IMG/VR virus record: IMGVR_UViG_3300020044_007482
Coordinates: 1 to 33,757 of that record
From: a virus
Taxonomy: Duplodnaviria; Caudoviricetes
DNA: 33,757 nt
Direction: 5' to 3' (one strand)
This document shows positions 1-9,157 of the stretch, piece after piece. Below the pieces are notes generated by a model, which saw only the letters and a program-made list of their open reading frames with translations, ran no database searches and had not been told where the DNA came from. The translations under genes were made by a program, and so were the position numbers. The stretch's first letter is position 1; each line of letters begins with the position of its first letter.

Positions 1-2
1 GA

Positions 3-821
3 GTTATTCCAATCATACGTGAAACTAATGGCATGATGATTATATGCTCAACGCCACGTGGTAAAAACCACTTTTATGACTTATATTTAGATTTAAAAAA
101 TGATAAAGATTGGCATGTGGTTAAAGAAGATGTTTTCTCTCTTGGTTTAATGACAGAGGAAGAATACACTAGCATAAATATGTCAGAAAATTTAAAATCA
201 CAAGATTATTTAACCTCCTGGGACTCCCCATACGACGGAGCCGTATATGAAGCGCCGAATTATGATAATACATACATTTTTAACCCCAATAAAAAGCTAT
301 ATGCCGCAATAGACATTGGTCAATCAGACGCATGTGCAATTGGTTTTGCTCAATTCAATGGAGATGATATTAATTTTATATACAGTTTTGAATTAATAAA
401 CACATCATTAGAAAATATTAGCAAAATTATAAAACAATATTTAGAAAAAATATCATGCAATTTGTCAAATTTTGAACTATTCGCCCCTCATGATGTTGAA
501 GTTAGAGACACATGGAGTGGTGTATCAAGAATGCAAAATTTAAGAAATTATGGATTTAATGTGACAAGAGTATTAAAAACTGGTATAATGGACGGTATAG
601 AATATGTTAGAACAATATGGCATAATATAAAATTTAATGAAAAAGATAACTTTCAGTGCATAGAAAACATTAAAAAATATGTTACAAATAAATACACTAA
701 TATGCCAGAACATAGATTTAGTCACAGTCCTGATATGGTTAGATACATGAGTATTGGATATAAAAGCATTAAAGGTGCTACAATATATCAACCTTACCAA
801 AAATATGAAAGGAGAATATAA
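3..821 (+). CDS. terL: Terminase large subunit, C-terminal part (5' truncated by window)
   Basis: Frame open from nt 3; STPRGKNHFY coupling motif, AIDIG RNase H-like nuclease motif, PHD and HxxSHSPDxxRY terminal motif; lies upstream of portal. Confidence 0.92.
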   Translation, partial: VIPIIRETNGMMIICSTPRGKNHFYDLYLDLKNDKDWHVVKEDVFSLGLMTEEEYTSINMSENLKSQDYLTSWDSPYDGAVYEAPNYDNTYIFNPNKKLYAAIDIGQSDACAIGFAQFNGDDINFIYSFELINTSLENISKIIKQYLEKISCNLSNFELFAPHDVEVRDTWSGVSRMQNLRNYGFNVTRVLKTGIMDGIEYVRTIWHNIKFNEKDNFQCIENIKKYVTNKYTNMPEHRFSHSPDMVRYMSIGYKSIKGATIYQPYQKYERRI

Positions 822-823
822 TA

Positions 824-1072
824 ATGGGTGGTAATGCAGCAAATTTTATCTCTGGTGGAGATTGGGCGCCCAATTCTAATGCAGGGGCAGAGCAAGCATT
901 AAGAGAGGCAAACGAAAAAGCAAAAAAATTAAAACAAGAACAAGACGCTTTAGACAAACAAAAGCAAGCTGAACAAGATGCGCTGAATCTTAAGCAATTA
1001 AATAGATTAAAAACATTAACTGGCTCTGGCGGGTTAACTCCACCTGCACCAAACACCAGTTTGTTGGGGTAA
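824..1072 (+). CDS. Small virion-associated protein between terminase and portal
   Basis: SD AGGAG upstream; coiled-coil, ends in SLLG, as is common for small pre-portal genes of podoviruses. Confidence 0.75.
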   Translation: MGGNAANFISGGDWAPNSNAGAEQALREANEKAKKLKQEQDALDKQKQAEQDALNLKQLNRLKTLTGSGGLTPPAPNTSLLG

Positions 1073-1075
1073 AAA

Positions 1076-2632
1076 ATGGATAATGAAAATTTAAAACTCT
1101 TATATCAAGAATCAATGAATGAGCTTAATACATTTTCTGCACAGATGAGTGACATTAGAAAATTATGTTATAACAATACCAATAGTTACGGCGTTGATAA
1201 TAAAACAACAGGAGAAAGGACTGATTTATATTGTTATAATAGTAGAGTTCCTACTTCAGTTACCCAATTTGCAGCCACAATGGTTAGCATTGTTGCCCCA
1301 ATTGGAACAAAGTTTTTTGACATTGGTACTAATGATAAAATTGATGAAAAATCAATGCAAGAATTTACAAAAAATAGTGCTGATGTATCTCAGACAATAT
1401 TTTTAAAATTAAATAATAGCAACTATTACCAAGCATTACATGAATCAATGCTTGATATAGCCAGTGGAACTGGTGGTTATATTATAAATTTTGACAATAA
1501 TAAAAAAGAGTTAAATTTTAAGTCATTAGATTTATCTACTGTTGGATTTTTAGAAGATGAAAACGGAATTGTAAATTATGTATTTAGAAACCTTGGAGAT
1601 TTTAACAAAAGCAAAAGATTAAGACTGTATCCAAATTTAGATTTTGGAGATGCAGATATTTTAAGTTTGGTTGAAATAGTATATCCTTCTAATAATGAAT
1701 TTGTACACATAATAACAGATAAAAATTTAAAAAATATTTATAGTGAAGTTAAATGGAAAACTAACCCATTTATTATATATAGATGGGGGAAATTATCAAA
1801 CGAAAATAGAGGAAGGGGACCATTAAACAATATACTTGGTGCAGTAAAGCTTGCAAATACAATGTTTGGCGACATTATAACAGCTTCTGCTAAAATAATT
1901 GACCCACCATATTTAGTATCTGACAATGGTTTAATGAACCCTAATAATTTAAGAATAGAACCAGGCGCATTAATAACATTAAGAGATAACATGTCAAGGT
2001 TTGAGCCCCTATCTCAAGGTGGTAATTTGCCATTTGCATTTCAAGAAGTAAATATGATTAATGCAGAAATTGATAATGCATTAATGATAAATAGATTAGG
2101 TCAAGTTGGTAATGCAACATTAACTGCAACTGAGGTAAACGCCAGAATGCAAAATGATTTACAGGTTCTTGGGTCAGCTTATGGAAGAATGCAAAGAGAA
2201 TTACTTAACTCAACATTTGATAGAATTATTGAATTATTTGAAAAGTTTGATGTTATTCAACCCTTAACAAGTTTAGTTGATATGAATGGTAATATCAAAT
2301 CAAGAAAAATTACTTTTAAATATAACTCTCCACTTATACATACGCAAAACCAAAATGAAGTGCAAAAATTATTACAATCCATTCAAGCTTTAGCTAATGC
2401 AACAGGTCAAGAAGCACAAGAGTATATAAACGCTGGATATAAAATAAACAAACTTCCAAATTGGTTTGCTAAAAACATTGGAGTTGATATGTCTTTAGTT
2501 AATACAGATGAGGAGGTGGACAACAATTTAAATGAATTTGCAAAAGCAAAAGCATCACAACAGATGGCTCAAATAAATATGTCTAATCCAGCATTAGGAA
2601 GTCAACCAGTTAACACAGGAGTAATTCAATAA
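1076..2632 (+). CDS. Portal (head-tail connector), T7 gp8-like
   Basis: 518 aa; NPFIIYRW..GRGP and TLTATEV motifs; position in head module. Confidence 0.92.
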   Translation: MDNENLKLLYQESMNELNTFSAQMSDIRKLCYNNTNSYGVDNKTTGERTDLYCYNSRVPTSVTQFAATMVSIVAPIGTKFFDIGTNDKIDEKSMQEFTKNSADVSQTIFLKLNNSNYYQALHESMLDIASGTGGYIINFDNNKKELNFKSLDLSTVGFLEDENGIVNYVFRNLGDFNKSKRLRLYPNLDFGDADILSLVEIVYPSNNEFVHIITDKNLKNIYSEVKWKTNPFIIYRWGKLSNENRGRGPLNNILGAVKLANTMFGDIITASAKIIDPPYLVSDNGLMNPNNLRIEPGALITLRDNMSRFEPLSQGGNLPFAFQEVNMINAEIDNALMINRLGQVGNATLTATEVNARMQNDLQVLGSAYGRMQRELLNSTFDRIIELFEKFDVIQPLTSLVDMNGNIKSRKITFKYNSPLIHTQNQNEVQKLLQSIQALANATGQEAQEYINAGYKINKLPNWFAKNIGVDMSLVNTDEEVDNNLNEFAKAKASQQMAQINMSNPALGSQPVNTGVIQ

Positions 2633-2925
2633 TGTTTACTGAAATAATAACAAAATTTAGCAATCTAATATCAAAGCCTCAACAACACGTAGGTATCTTA
2701 TTTAAAATAAAAGAAATATTAAATACTGAGGATGGGGCTGAAATGCTAGAATGGTTAATATATCAAAATATATTAAATGTAGGCAAAATAAGCTCTGCTA
2801 ATGAAGCTTTATACCAACAAGGTAAAATAGATTTAATAAAAGAGTTTATAGCAATAAAATCACTTAACGAAGAACAACTTAATAAAATAGGAGAAAAATA
2901 TGGAAGAGACAATTCAACATACTAG
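2632..2925 (+). CDS. Small post-portal protein (Bbp19-like)
   Basis: TAATG overlap with portal; TEDGAEMLEWL and ALYQQGK pattern; synteny. Confidence 0.65.
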   Translation: MFTEIITKFSNLISKPQQHVGILFKIKEILNTEDGAEMLEWLIYQNILNVGKISSANEALYQQGKIDLIKEFIAIKSLNEEQLNKIGEKYGRDNSTY

Positions 2926-3595
2926 TGCTGAACAAGTAGTAGCTACAGAATCTGCCCCAAAATGGTATATAGATGAGTCTATAGCAGGTACTGGAGATAG
3001 GCCAGAGTGGATACCTGAGAAGTATAAGACAGTAAAAGATGCCGTACTTGGTGGAACTGAGGCTGTAAAAATGTACACAAAAGCATTTGGCGCACCAGAA
3101 GGTGGGTATAAATTAGATTTTGAAGCACCAGAAAGCCCACTTTTAAATATATTAAAAGATACAGCAAAAAATAAAAACCTTAGTAATGATATGTTTAATA
3201 GTTTTATAAATGATTTTGTTAATAACGAAAAAATATACCTTGAAAAACAAAATTTAGAAATTGAAAACACTAAAAAAACCATTGGGGCAGAAAGAATAGA
3301 TAGCATTAATAATTTTATTGCCAATCTTAAGTTGCCAGAAGGTAATGCAAACATAATAAAAAATTCATTATTTACAGATATTAAAAACTTTGAGGCAATT
3401 GAATCATTAAAAAAATCAATTGATGAAAAACTTTCTTCAATGCAACCGTCAATATCTAATGTTAAAGCTGATACTGAAGACCCAAGAGAGAGTTTAAAAA
3501 AACTTTATGAATCTAAGAGTTACAGGGCAAACTCTGGATATTATGCTTCACGAGTAAAAGAGTTAGCTGATTCTATAATGAAGGGCGGGGCATGA
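2900..3595 (+). CDS. Capsid scaffolding protein
   Basis: SD AGGAG; RPEWIPEKY and FGAPEGGY motifs; charged helical composition; synteny. Confidence 0.8.
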   Translation: MEETIQHTSAEQVVATESAPKWYIDESIAGTGDRPEWIPEKYKTVKDAVLGGTEAVKMYTKAFGAPEGGYKLDFEAPESPLLNILKDTAKNKNLSNDMFNSFINDFVNNEKIYLEKQNLEIENTKKTIGAERIDSINNFIANLKLPEGNANIIKNSLFTDIKNFEAIESLKKSIDEKLSSMQPSISNVKADTEDPRESLKKLYESKSYRANSGYYASRVKELADSIMKGGA

Positions 3596-4671
3596 CAATA
3601 CCTATACAATCAACAAAACAACAGTTTTCCATAATTTCAGGTGGTCAACAATTAAGTGCTACATTAAATATTACTGTAGTTGATAATAATAATATTCAGA
3701 TATATTACAATACAACATTATTAAATAATACATTGTATTCAATATCTGGGAATCAAATAACATTTACTCCAGAATTATATGGTCCAGCAATTGTAACAAT
3801 ATTAAGTGTAGAGCCTGACTCAAGAACTTTAGACGTTAATACTGCATCTATGTGGGTGGCTGAGGTTATTAACAATCAATTAGATAGGTTAACATTAGTT
3901 AGTCAACAAATTGATAATAAAATTGCAGTAACACTTAGACCAGAAGAAACCATAGGGACTACTTTGCCACCTCTTGAAACCAGAAGAAGTAAAGCGGTAG
4001 TATTTGACCAATTCGGGCAGATGGACGTTACTGCGGTAAACCCTGGTAACATTGATTATTATGTTGCTTTAGCTAAAGAATACTCGGAAGATTCAGAAGC
4101 TTTTGCAGTTGAGTCACAGGGCTCAGCTAGTAAAGCTCAACAATGGAGCGAAAAAGACACAGAAGTTGAGCCAGGTAAATATTCAGCAAAATATTGGGCT
4201 GAACAATCTAGTTTGATATCCATACCAAACAATTCTGTTCCATACAATAAATTGCAAAGCTCTTACGTATATGCTTATTTTAATAGTGTACTTCTTGTTA
4301 GTTCTGCCAGTAACAAATTTCTTCATTTGTTAACTTTGGGGGCTTATGGGGGAGTTTTAATAACAGATAATGGAGATGGGGTTCAAATATTTGATAGTGG
4401 ATTATATAAAATATCATTTTCTTGGAGTAAATATTTTGTGCCTGAAAGTCTGGGTGGGTGGGATTTTAATGTCTTAATTAATGGAACTAGAGAAAATCTT
4501 GGTAGTTTTAACCCTTATGCTAATTCCAGAAACCCGAATTATATACAAAGAATTATATATTTGCCAAATCAAGCTATTGTTGAACCAGAATATGTAAAAA
4601 CCATTGACCCAGCAGATAATCTTACTTTTACTGATTTATCATTTAATATAGAAAAAGTTATCACACTTTAA
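3592..4671 (+). CDS. Tail fibre with T7 gp17-like N-terminal anchor
   Basis: ATGA overlap; 'INNQLDRLTLVSQQID' anchor-type motif, YSAKYWAEQ motif, beta-rich C-terminal domain. Confidence 0.75.
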   Translation: MTIPIQSTKQQFSIISGGQQLSATLNITVVDNNNIQIYYNTTLLNNTLYSISGNQITFTPELYGPAIVTILSVEPDSRTLDVNTASMWVAEVINNQLDRLTLVSQQIDNKIAVTLRPEETIGTTLPPLETRRSKAVVFDQFGQMDVTAVNPGNIDYYVALAKEYSEDSEAFAVESQGSASKAQQWSEKDTEVEPGKYSAKYWAEQSSLISIPNNSVPYNKLQSSYVYAYFNSVLLVSSASNKFLHLLTLGAYGGVLITDNGDGVQIFDSGLYKISFSWSKYFVPESLGGWDFNVLINGTRENLGSFNPYANSRNPNYIQRIIYLPNQAIVEPEYVKTIDPADNLTFTDLSFNIEKVITL

Positions 4672-4679
4672 TTTTATTG

Positions 4680-4688
4680 TGTTATAAT
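4680..4688 (+). promoter_or_regulatory. Extended -10 promoter (TGtTATAAT) for capsid gene
   Basis: Perfect TGnTATAAT in the intergenic gap. Confidence 0.65.
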
Positions 4689-4707
4689 TACACGTTGATA
4701 CCTCATT

Positions 4708-4795
4708 AAAGAGCCGACATTAAACTAAGCAAAGGATTAGTCATAATGTTGGCTTTTTTAATCCTTTGATAATTAATATTTTAAAGGATTATAAT
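4708..4795 (+). promoter_or_regulatory. Structured 5' leader with alternative pairings over the capsid SD
   Basis: Stem 4712-4722/4744-4754 plus U-tract; 4759-4768 is complementary both to 4730-4739 and to the SD region 4782-4791. Confidence 0.6.
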
Positions 4796-5821
4796 ATGTC
4801 AGGACCAGGATACCCAACCCCAACCCCAGATTACGTTAACGTTTTTAAAACCACATATGCAATTGCAATTAATGCGCAATTTAATTGTAGAGGGGTTTTA
4901 AAAGACTTAGTAACCATGAACTCAGATGTAAACGGAATTAGTCATGAAGTACCAATGTTTGGCGGAACTACTGCTTACCAACGTTTTGGTACAGAGTTAA
5001 TCCAACCTACTGATATTTTTACCACAAAATCATTTCTTAGTTTTGTAGACTTAGAGTCCCCATATCAACTTGGAGACATAGATTCAAGACAGTTAATTGA
5101 TGAGTCTTACAGAAATAGCATTGTAGTTGGTCAGGTTAAAGCCTTAAATTCTTTAATGGAAAAATTAGTATTTAATAGTTTTTATAATAGCTATTTAAAT
5201 AGCTCTCTGTCAGTACCAATTGAAACAATTAAATTTTCTGATTTTATACCAGATACTCCTTCTCAAATGACAAAATCGTTTGAAGTTTTAGGAGATGGTT
5301 CAGAAAGAGCTGGCTCAACATTAGCAGAGGCTGATTTAAAACCATTTAGCTATGAATGTTTGTTAAGCATAGGAATTATTTTCGACCAAATGGGTATTGA
5401 GATGGAAGATAGAGTATTAATGATTACCCCTGGAATGATGAGAATATTGCTTAATGAAGAAAAGTTTATAAGTAATTTATATGTTGGACCTAGGACCCCT
5501 GTACTTGAAGGTATAACAATTTATGATTATATGGGAATGAAAATTATTCCAGCACAAATAAATAAATTTGACAATAGCTTACAAGTTACAAATACACTAA
5601 CTTATTGTGGGTTTAAAAATTCAACAATTGGCACAACAAAATACGTAACCGCTATTGCGTTTACTAAAAGCTCAATGCTATTAAAAACTTCAGGAATCCA
5701 GTCTAAAATGTGGAGAGAAGATAAAAACGTAGCTGATATGTATTGGAGTGCAATCAGATGTGGCTCAACATTACAAATTCCAAATCACGTAATTCAAATA
5801 CCAACAACTAGTATTAGGTAG
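4796..5821 (+). CDS. Major capsid protein
   Basis: ATG 4796 with SD AAGGA; about 341 aa; EDRVLMITP and YMGMKII HK97-fold P-domain-like motifs; synteny. Confidence 0.85.
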   Translation: MSGPGYPTPTPDYVNVFKTTYAIAINAQFNCRGVLKDLVTMNSDVNGISHEVPMFGGTTAYQRFGTELIQPTDIFTTKSFLSFVDLESPYQLGDIDSRQLIDESYRNSIVVGQVKALNSLMEKLVFNSFYNSYLNSSLSVPIETIKFSDFIPDTPSQMTKSFEVLGDGSERAGSTLAEADLKPFSYECLLSIGIIFDQMGIEMEDRVLMITPGMMRILLNEEKFISNLYVGPRTPVLEGITIYDYMGMKIIPAQINKFDNSLQVTNTLTYCGFKNSTIGTTKYVTAIAFTKSSMLLKTSGIQSKMWREDKNVADMYWSAIRCGSTLQIPNHVIQIPTTSIR

Positions 5822-5829
5822 GCAATAAA

Positions 5830-8262
5830 ATGAACTACAACGCTAAATACTTAACCCCGTTAGGGGTTTCAACTAATGGTGGGAATTTATGGTTATACCG
5901 TGGAGACTTGGCAAATCAATCGTTGCTTGACATTCAGTCAAGTAACTTTTTTAAAAACAGCTCTTTAAGGTCGTTTGATTTAATCAATATTAAAGCAACT
6001 GATGGGGCTAAGCTTTTGGTTGTTAATATATCATTAAATGGTGATATTGTCATTGTTCCAGAGGGTGGAGAAGGTATTATTCCAGCTTATGACACGTTTG
6101 CAGACTTGCCAGACCCTAGCACCGTTAAATTAAGTAGTTATGTAGCAGTAAACCAAACCACTCAAATAGGTGGACAAATACAAATGTCTGGGATATATAA
6201 TATTTTAACTGTTGGTGGTTCTAGCGGTCAATACTGGAATCTTTTAGGAAATTACAACGATAATATAACAATTAAATACGGTAATGATGTTTTCTACGTA
6301 AATGCAGGTACATCAGCTAACCAAATATTACAACTAGATGGTAATGCTAAAATTCCAGCAGTTGATGCAAGCCAAACTACAGTTGGCACAGTTGTACCGA
6401 CAAATGCTATTGTAAGTGACAATGATTCTATAAATACAAGCGTAAACAAATTACAAGGACAAATTGACAACGCTTTAAAACCTCTATCCCCTGCAGTTAA
6501 TAATAATATTGTTACTACAACCAACTCAGGAACATTAAAGGATTCGGGTTTCAATATTAATAATTCTCTCCCTTATTCTAATCCTCTATCTACTGAAGTT
6601 GCAGACGCTTTAAGCACTTATAATTATATGATTAGTTTGGCAAACGGCACAAACGCTTTACCTGCAGTATCACTTTACTTTGATACTAATCAAACGTTAT
6701 CAGGATTGCCAACTCAAGGAGATTATACTTGTGTAGATAACGATAGAGTAATTTTAACAAATCAAACCAATCCCGCAGAAAATTTAATTTATAATGTACA
6801 TTCGGGGGCATGGACTATTGCACCCGATAGTTTAAAAGTTAATCAGTTGCTTGGTGCATGGACAGAAATTGTAAAAGGTACTTACTCAATTAGTTGGGCT
6901 TATCTAGTTAGCATTAGTCCTTCTTCTGGTGATGTTATGCCAACTTCAGTAACTTGGAGTATCCCCATACCGTCTGGGTTGTACCAAGCTGGAGCGGGTT
7001 TATCTTTAACAGGAAATGTGTTTAGCGTTGCAAATAATGGCGTCACTAATGCTAATTTATCAACAATGCCAACAAATACACTCAAAGGTAATAATACTGG
7101 TAGTACAGCCAATGCAAGTGATTTAACATCAACACAAGTTACAGCAATTCTTGATACAGTTATAGGCGATACTGGCTCTGGTGGTACAAAAGGTTTAGTT
7201 CCTGCACCTGCTTCAGGTGATGGGGTGGCTAATAAGTATCTAGATGCGACAGGCGGGTGGAGTGTCCCTGCGGGTGGGAATACTATTGAAAGTCAATACA
7301 TTAGAATTAAACCTGCTTCTGGGGTTAATACTTGGGACGCAAATCGAAGAATGCAATTCAGTCAGATATTAAATTCTTTAGGAAGTAATATAACATTAGC
7401 AAATGCTGGAATTGTAAGACTTGTTTCTGCGGGAACATACGAACTAACTGCGGTGTGGCAAGGCTCTGCGGGTGGAGGCGGTGGCACTATTTGTTGGTAT
7501 AATGAAACATCTGGGGCATTTGTAGGTCAAGAGTCAATAATATGTCCTCCCGATAGTGGGAATACATTTACACCTAACAGTGTGCTATATTATACTATTA
7601 CGATAACATCACCAACTAACTTTAGTATTCGGGAGACTGGTAACGGAAATATGCAACCAAGCGCAATTAATAGTTATGTTATTGCTAGACAATTAAATGC
7701 ACCAACACCTACAGCAGGTAGCGGTGGGGCAGTAACTGGCGACACTAAAACAAGCCTTCAGGCTGTCGACCATAGTAATTGGTTATTATGGACAAATGGA
7801 CGTATTTTATCAAGAACAGCAAATGCAACGCTTTGGGATTTTGTAAATGCCAACTCATTAGTTGCAACTGGATTGTTTGGTGCTGGAGATGGAACTACAA
7901 CTTTTACTATGGGCGACATTAACGGGAGAGCCATTGGCATCACGGGTTCTGGCACTGGGTTAACGGCAAGAACTTTAGGTGCTTCAGTTGGTACAGAAAC
8001 TCATACTTTAACTACAGCTCAAATGCCTGCGCATGGTCATACAGGTACAACTAATACTGGTCTATCAGCTGGTACAGTTCCCTACACGACAGATGAAGGG
8101 GGTAACGCTGCCAATAATGTTGTATTAAGTGGCAATACTACGATAAACAGTGCTATCCTTGCACATACTCACACCGTAAGCGTAACCAATACAGGGGGAG
8201 GGTTATCACACCCAATTATGCAACCTACAGTATTTCTTAACTTCTTTGTGTTTGGTGGGTAA
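5830..8262 (+). CDS. Long fibre protein with C-terminal phage tail-collar domain and HxH tip; N-terminus paralogous to 8346-8585
   Basis: Gly/Thr-rich; DRVILTNQTNPAENLIY module, KGLVPAP module, FGAGDGTTTF..GR collar motif, ETHTLT..QMPAHGH, HTH, terminal QPT motif. Confidence 0.85.
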   Translation: MNYNAKYLTPLGVSTNGGNLWLYRGDLANQSLLDIQSSNFFKNSSLRSFDLINIKATDGAKLLVVNISLNGDIVIVPEGGEGIIPAYDTFADLPDPSTVKLSSYVAVNQTTQIGGQIQMSGIYNILTVGGSSGQYWNLLGNYNDNITIKYGNDVFYVNAGTSANQILQLDGNAKIPAVDASQTTVGTVVPTNAIVSDNDSINTSVNKLQGQIDNALKPLSPAVNNNIVTTTNSGTLKDSGFNINNSLPYSNPLSTEVADALSTYNYMISLANGTNALPAVSLYFDTNQTLSGLPTQGDYTCVDNDRVILTNQTNPAENLIYNVHSGAWTIAPDSLKVNQLLGAWTEIVKGTYSISWAYLVSISPSSGDVMPTSVTWSIPIPSGLYQAGAGLSLTGNVFSVANNGVTNANLSTMPTNTLKGNNTGSTANASDLTSTQVTAILDTVIGDTGSGGTKGLVPAPASGDGVANKYLDATGGWSVPAGGNTIESQYIRIKPASGVNTWDANRRMQFSQILNSLGSNITLANAGIVRLVSAGTYELTAVWQGSAGGGGGTICWYNETSGAFVGQESIICPPDSGNTFTPNSVLYYTITITSPTNFSIRETGNGNMQPSAINSYVIARQLNAPTPTAGSGGAVTGDTKTSLQAVDHSNWLLWTNGRILSRTANATLWDFVNANSLVATGLFGAGDGTTTFTMGDINGRAIGITGSGTGLTARTLGASVGTETHTLTTAQMPAHGHTGTTNTGLSAGTVPYTTDEGGNAANNVVLSGNTTINSAILAHTHTVSVTNTGGGLSHPIMQPTVFLNFFVFGG

Positions 8263-8270
8263 TTTGTAAG

Positions 8271-8302
8271 ATTAACTGTCAATTAATTAGTCGGCAGTTA
8301 AT
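8271..8302 (+). terminator. Hairpin after fibre gene, possible terminator or processing site
   Basis: ATTAACTGTC / GGCAGTTAAT 10-bp stem (one G-U); weak U-tract. Confidence 0.45.
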
Positions 8303-8307
8303 TTATC

Positions 8308-8316
8308 TGATATAAT
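8308..8316 (+). promoter_or_regulatory. Extended -10 promoter (TGaTATAAT)
   Basis: Perfect TGnTATAAT about 30 nt before ATG 8346. Confidence 0.6.
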
Positions 8317-8345
8317 ATCTAATTAATGTTTAAAAGGAAAAAGCC

Positions 8346-8585
8346 ATGGCTTTAAATAATGCAAAACTAATAAGGGTTACCTTAGCGTCTAATAGTTCTA
8401 GCCCAAGAGTTCATACATATACTACTGGAGATAATATTGATACAGTAAAAGCTGAATCTTATTTTAACGGAAGCAGTTTAAGGGTTTCTGATACTATTTT
8501 AGCAACTTGTGGAGATGGGGCGGCGCAATTCCAAGTTACAGAAATATCTCCAAACGTTACTGTAGCTCAAGTTACCCAAGTTTAA
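8346..8585 (+). CDS. Small virion protein, putative capsid decoration protein
   Basis: SD AAGGA; 79 aa beta-rich; YF...LRVSDTI...DG pattern; located between capsid and adaptor. Confidence 0.6.
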   Translation: MALNNAKLIRVTLASNSSSPRVHTYTTGDNIDTVKAESYFNGSSLRVSDTILATCGDGAAQFQVTEISPNVTVAQVTQV

Positions 8586-9155
8586 ATGACAACAAAGCAA
8601 CAAATTTTAAATATGGCTTTAATGAAAATTGGAGACATTAAATTAGCAGATGATGACTTATCTAATAGACCATATTTAAATATTGCATATGCCACAGGCA
8701 AAGATATAATGCTATCTTATCATTATTGGAATTTTGCTAAGATAGCTACAGATTTAATGCTAGTATCAGAGAGTGGCGAGATACCTAATTATAAATATAA
8801 ATATTTAGTTCCAATTGATATGGTATCGCTTGTAAAATTATTTTCTACATATTTAAATAATGTTTACGATTACACCATTATCGGGAAAAACATTTATAGC
8901 AATGAAAAAAACCTAAAAATTATGTATATATCAAATACAGCAAATGATGATGATATTTACCCACCTTATTTTGCTGAAGCTTTTGCTTGTTATATAGCTA
9001 AAGAAATATGTACGGTAGTTGCTGGTAAAGCAAATATGTTACAAGTTTTATCTCCATTATTTCAACTGTCTTTATCTAATGCTATATCAAAGGATAGCTC
9101 AGAGATTCCAAGCCCAATATTAAAAAGTAATTATTATAAGAATTCTAGGTATTAA
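8586..9155 (+). CDS. Tail tubular protein A / adaptor (T7 gp11-like)
   Basis: ILNMALMKIG, HYWNFAK, YLVPID, PPYFAEA motifs. Confidence 0.85.
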   Translation: MTTKQQILNMALMKIGDIKLADDDLSNRPYLNIAYATGKDIMLSYHYWNFAKIATDLMLVSESGEIPNYKYKYLVPIDMVSLVKLFSTYLNNVYDYTIIGKNIYSNEKNLKIMYISNTANDDDIYPPYFAEAFACYIAKEICTVVAGKANMLQVLSPLFQLSLSNAISKDSSEIPSPILKSNYYKNSRY

Positions 9156-9157
9156 TT

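Noticed and set aside
5810-5835. Read-through or frameshift fusing capsid to the fibre (T7 10A/10B-like)
   Set aside because: The TAG is followed by an in-frame TGA four codons later, no slippery heptamer is visible, and the tRNA is GTA, not a suppressor
5830-8262. Diversity-generating retroelement target in the fibre
   Set aside because: No reverse transcriptase and no template/variable repeat pair noticed in the window
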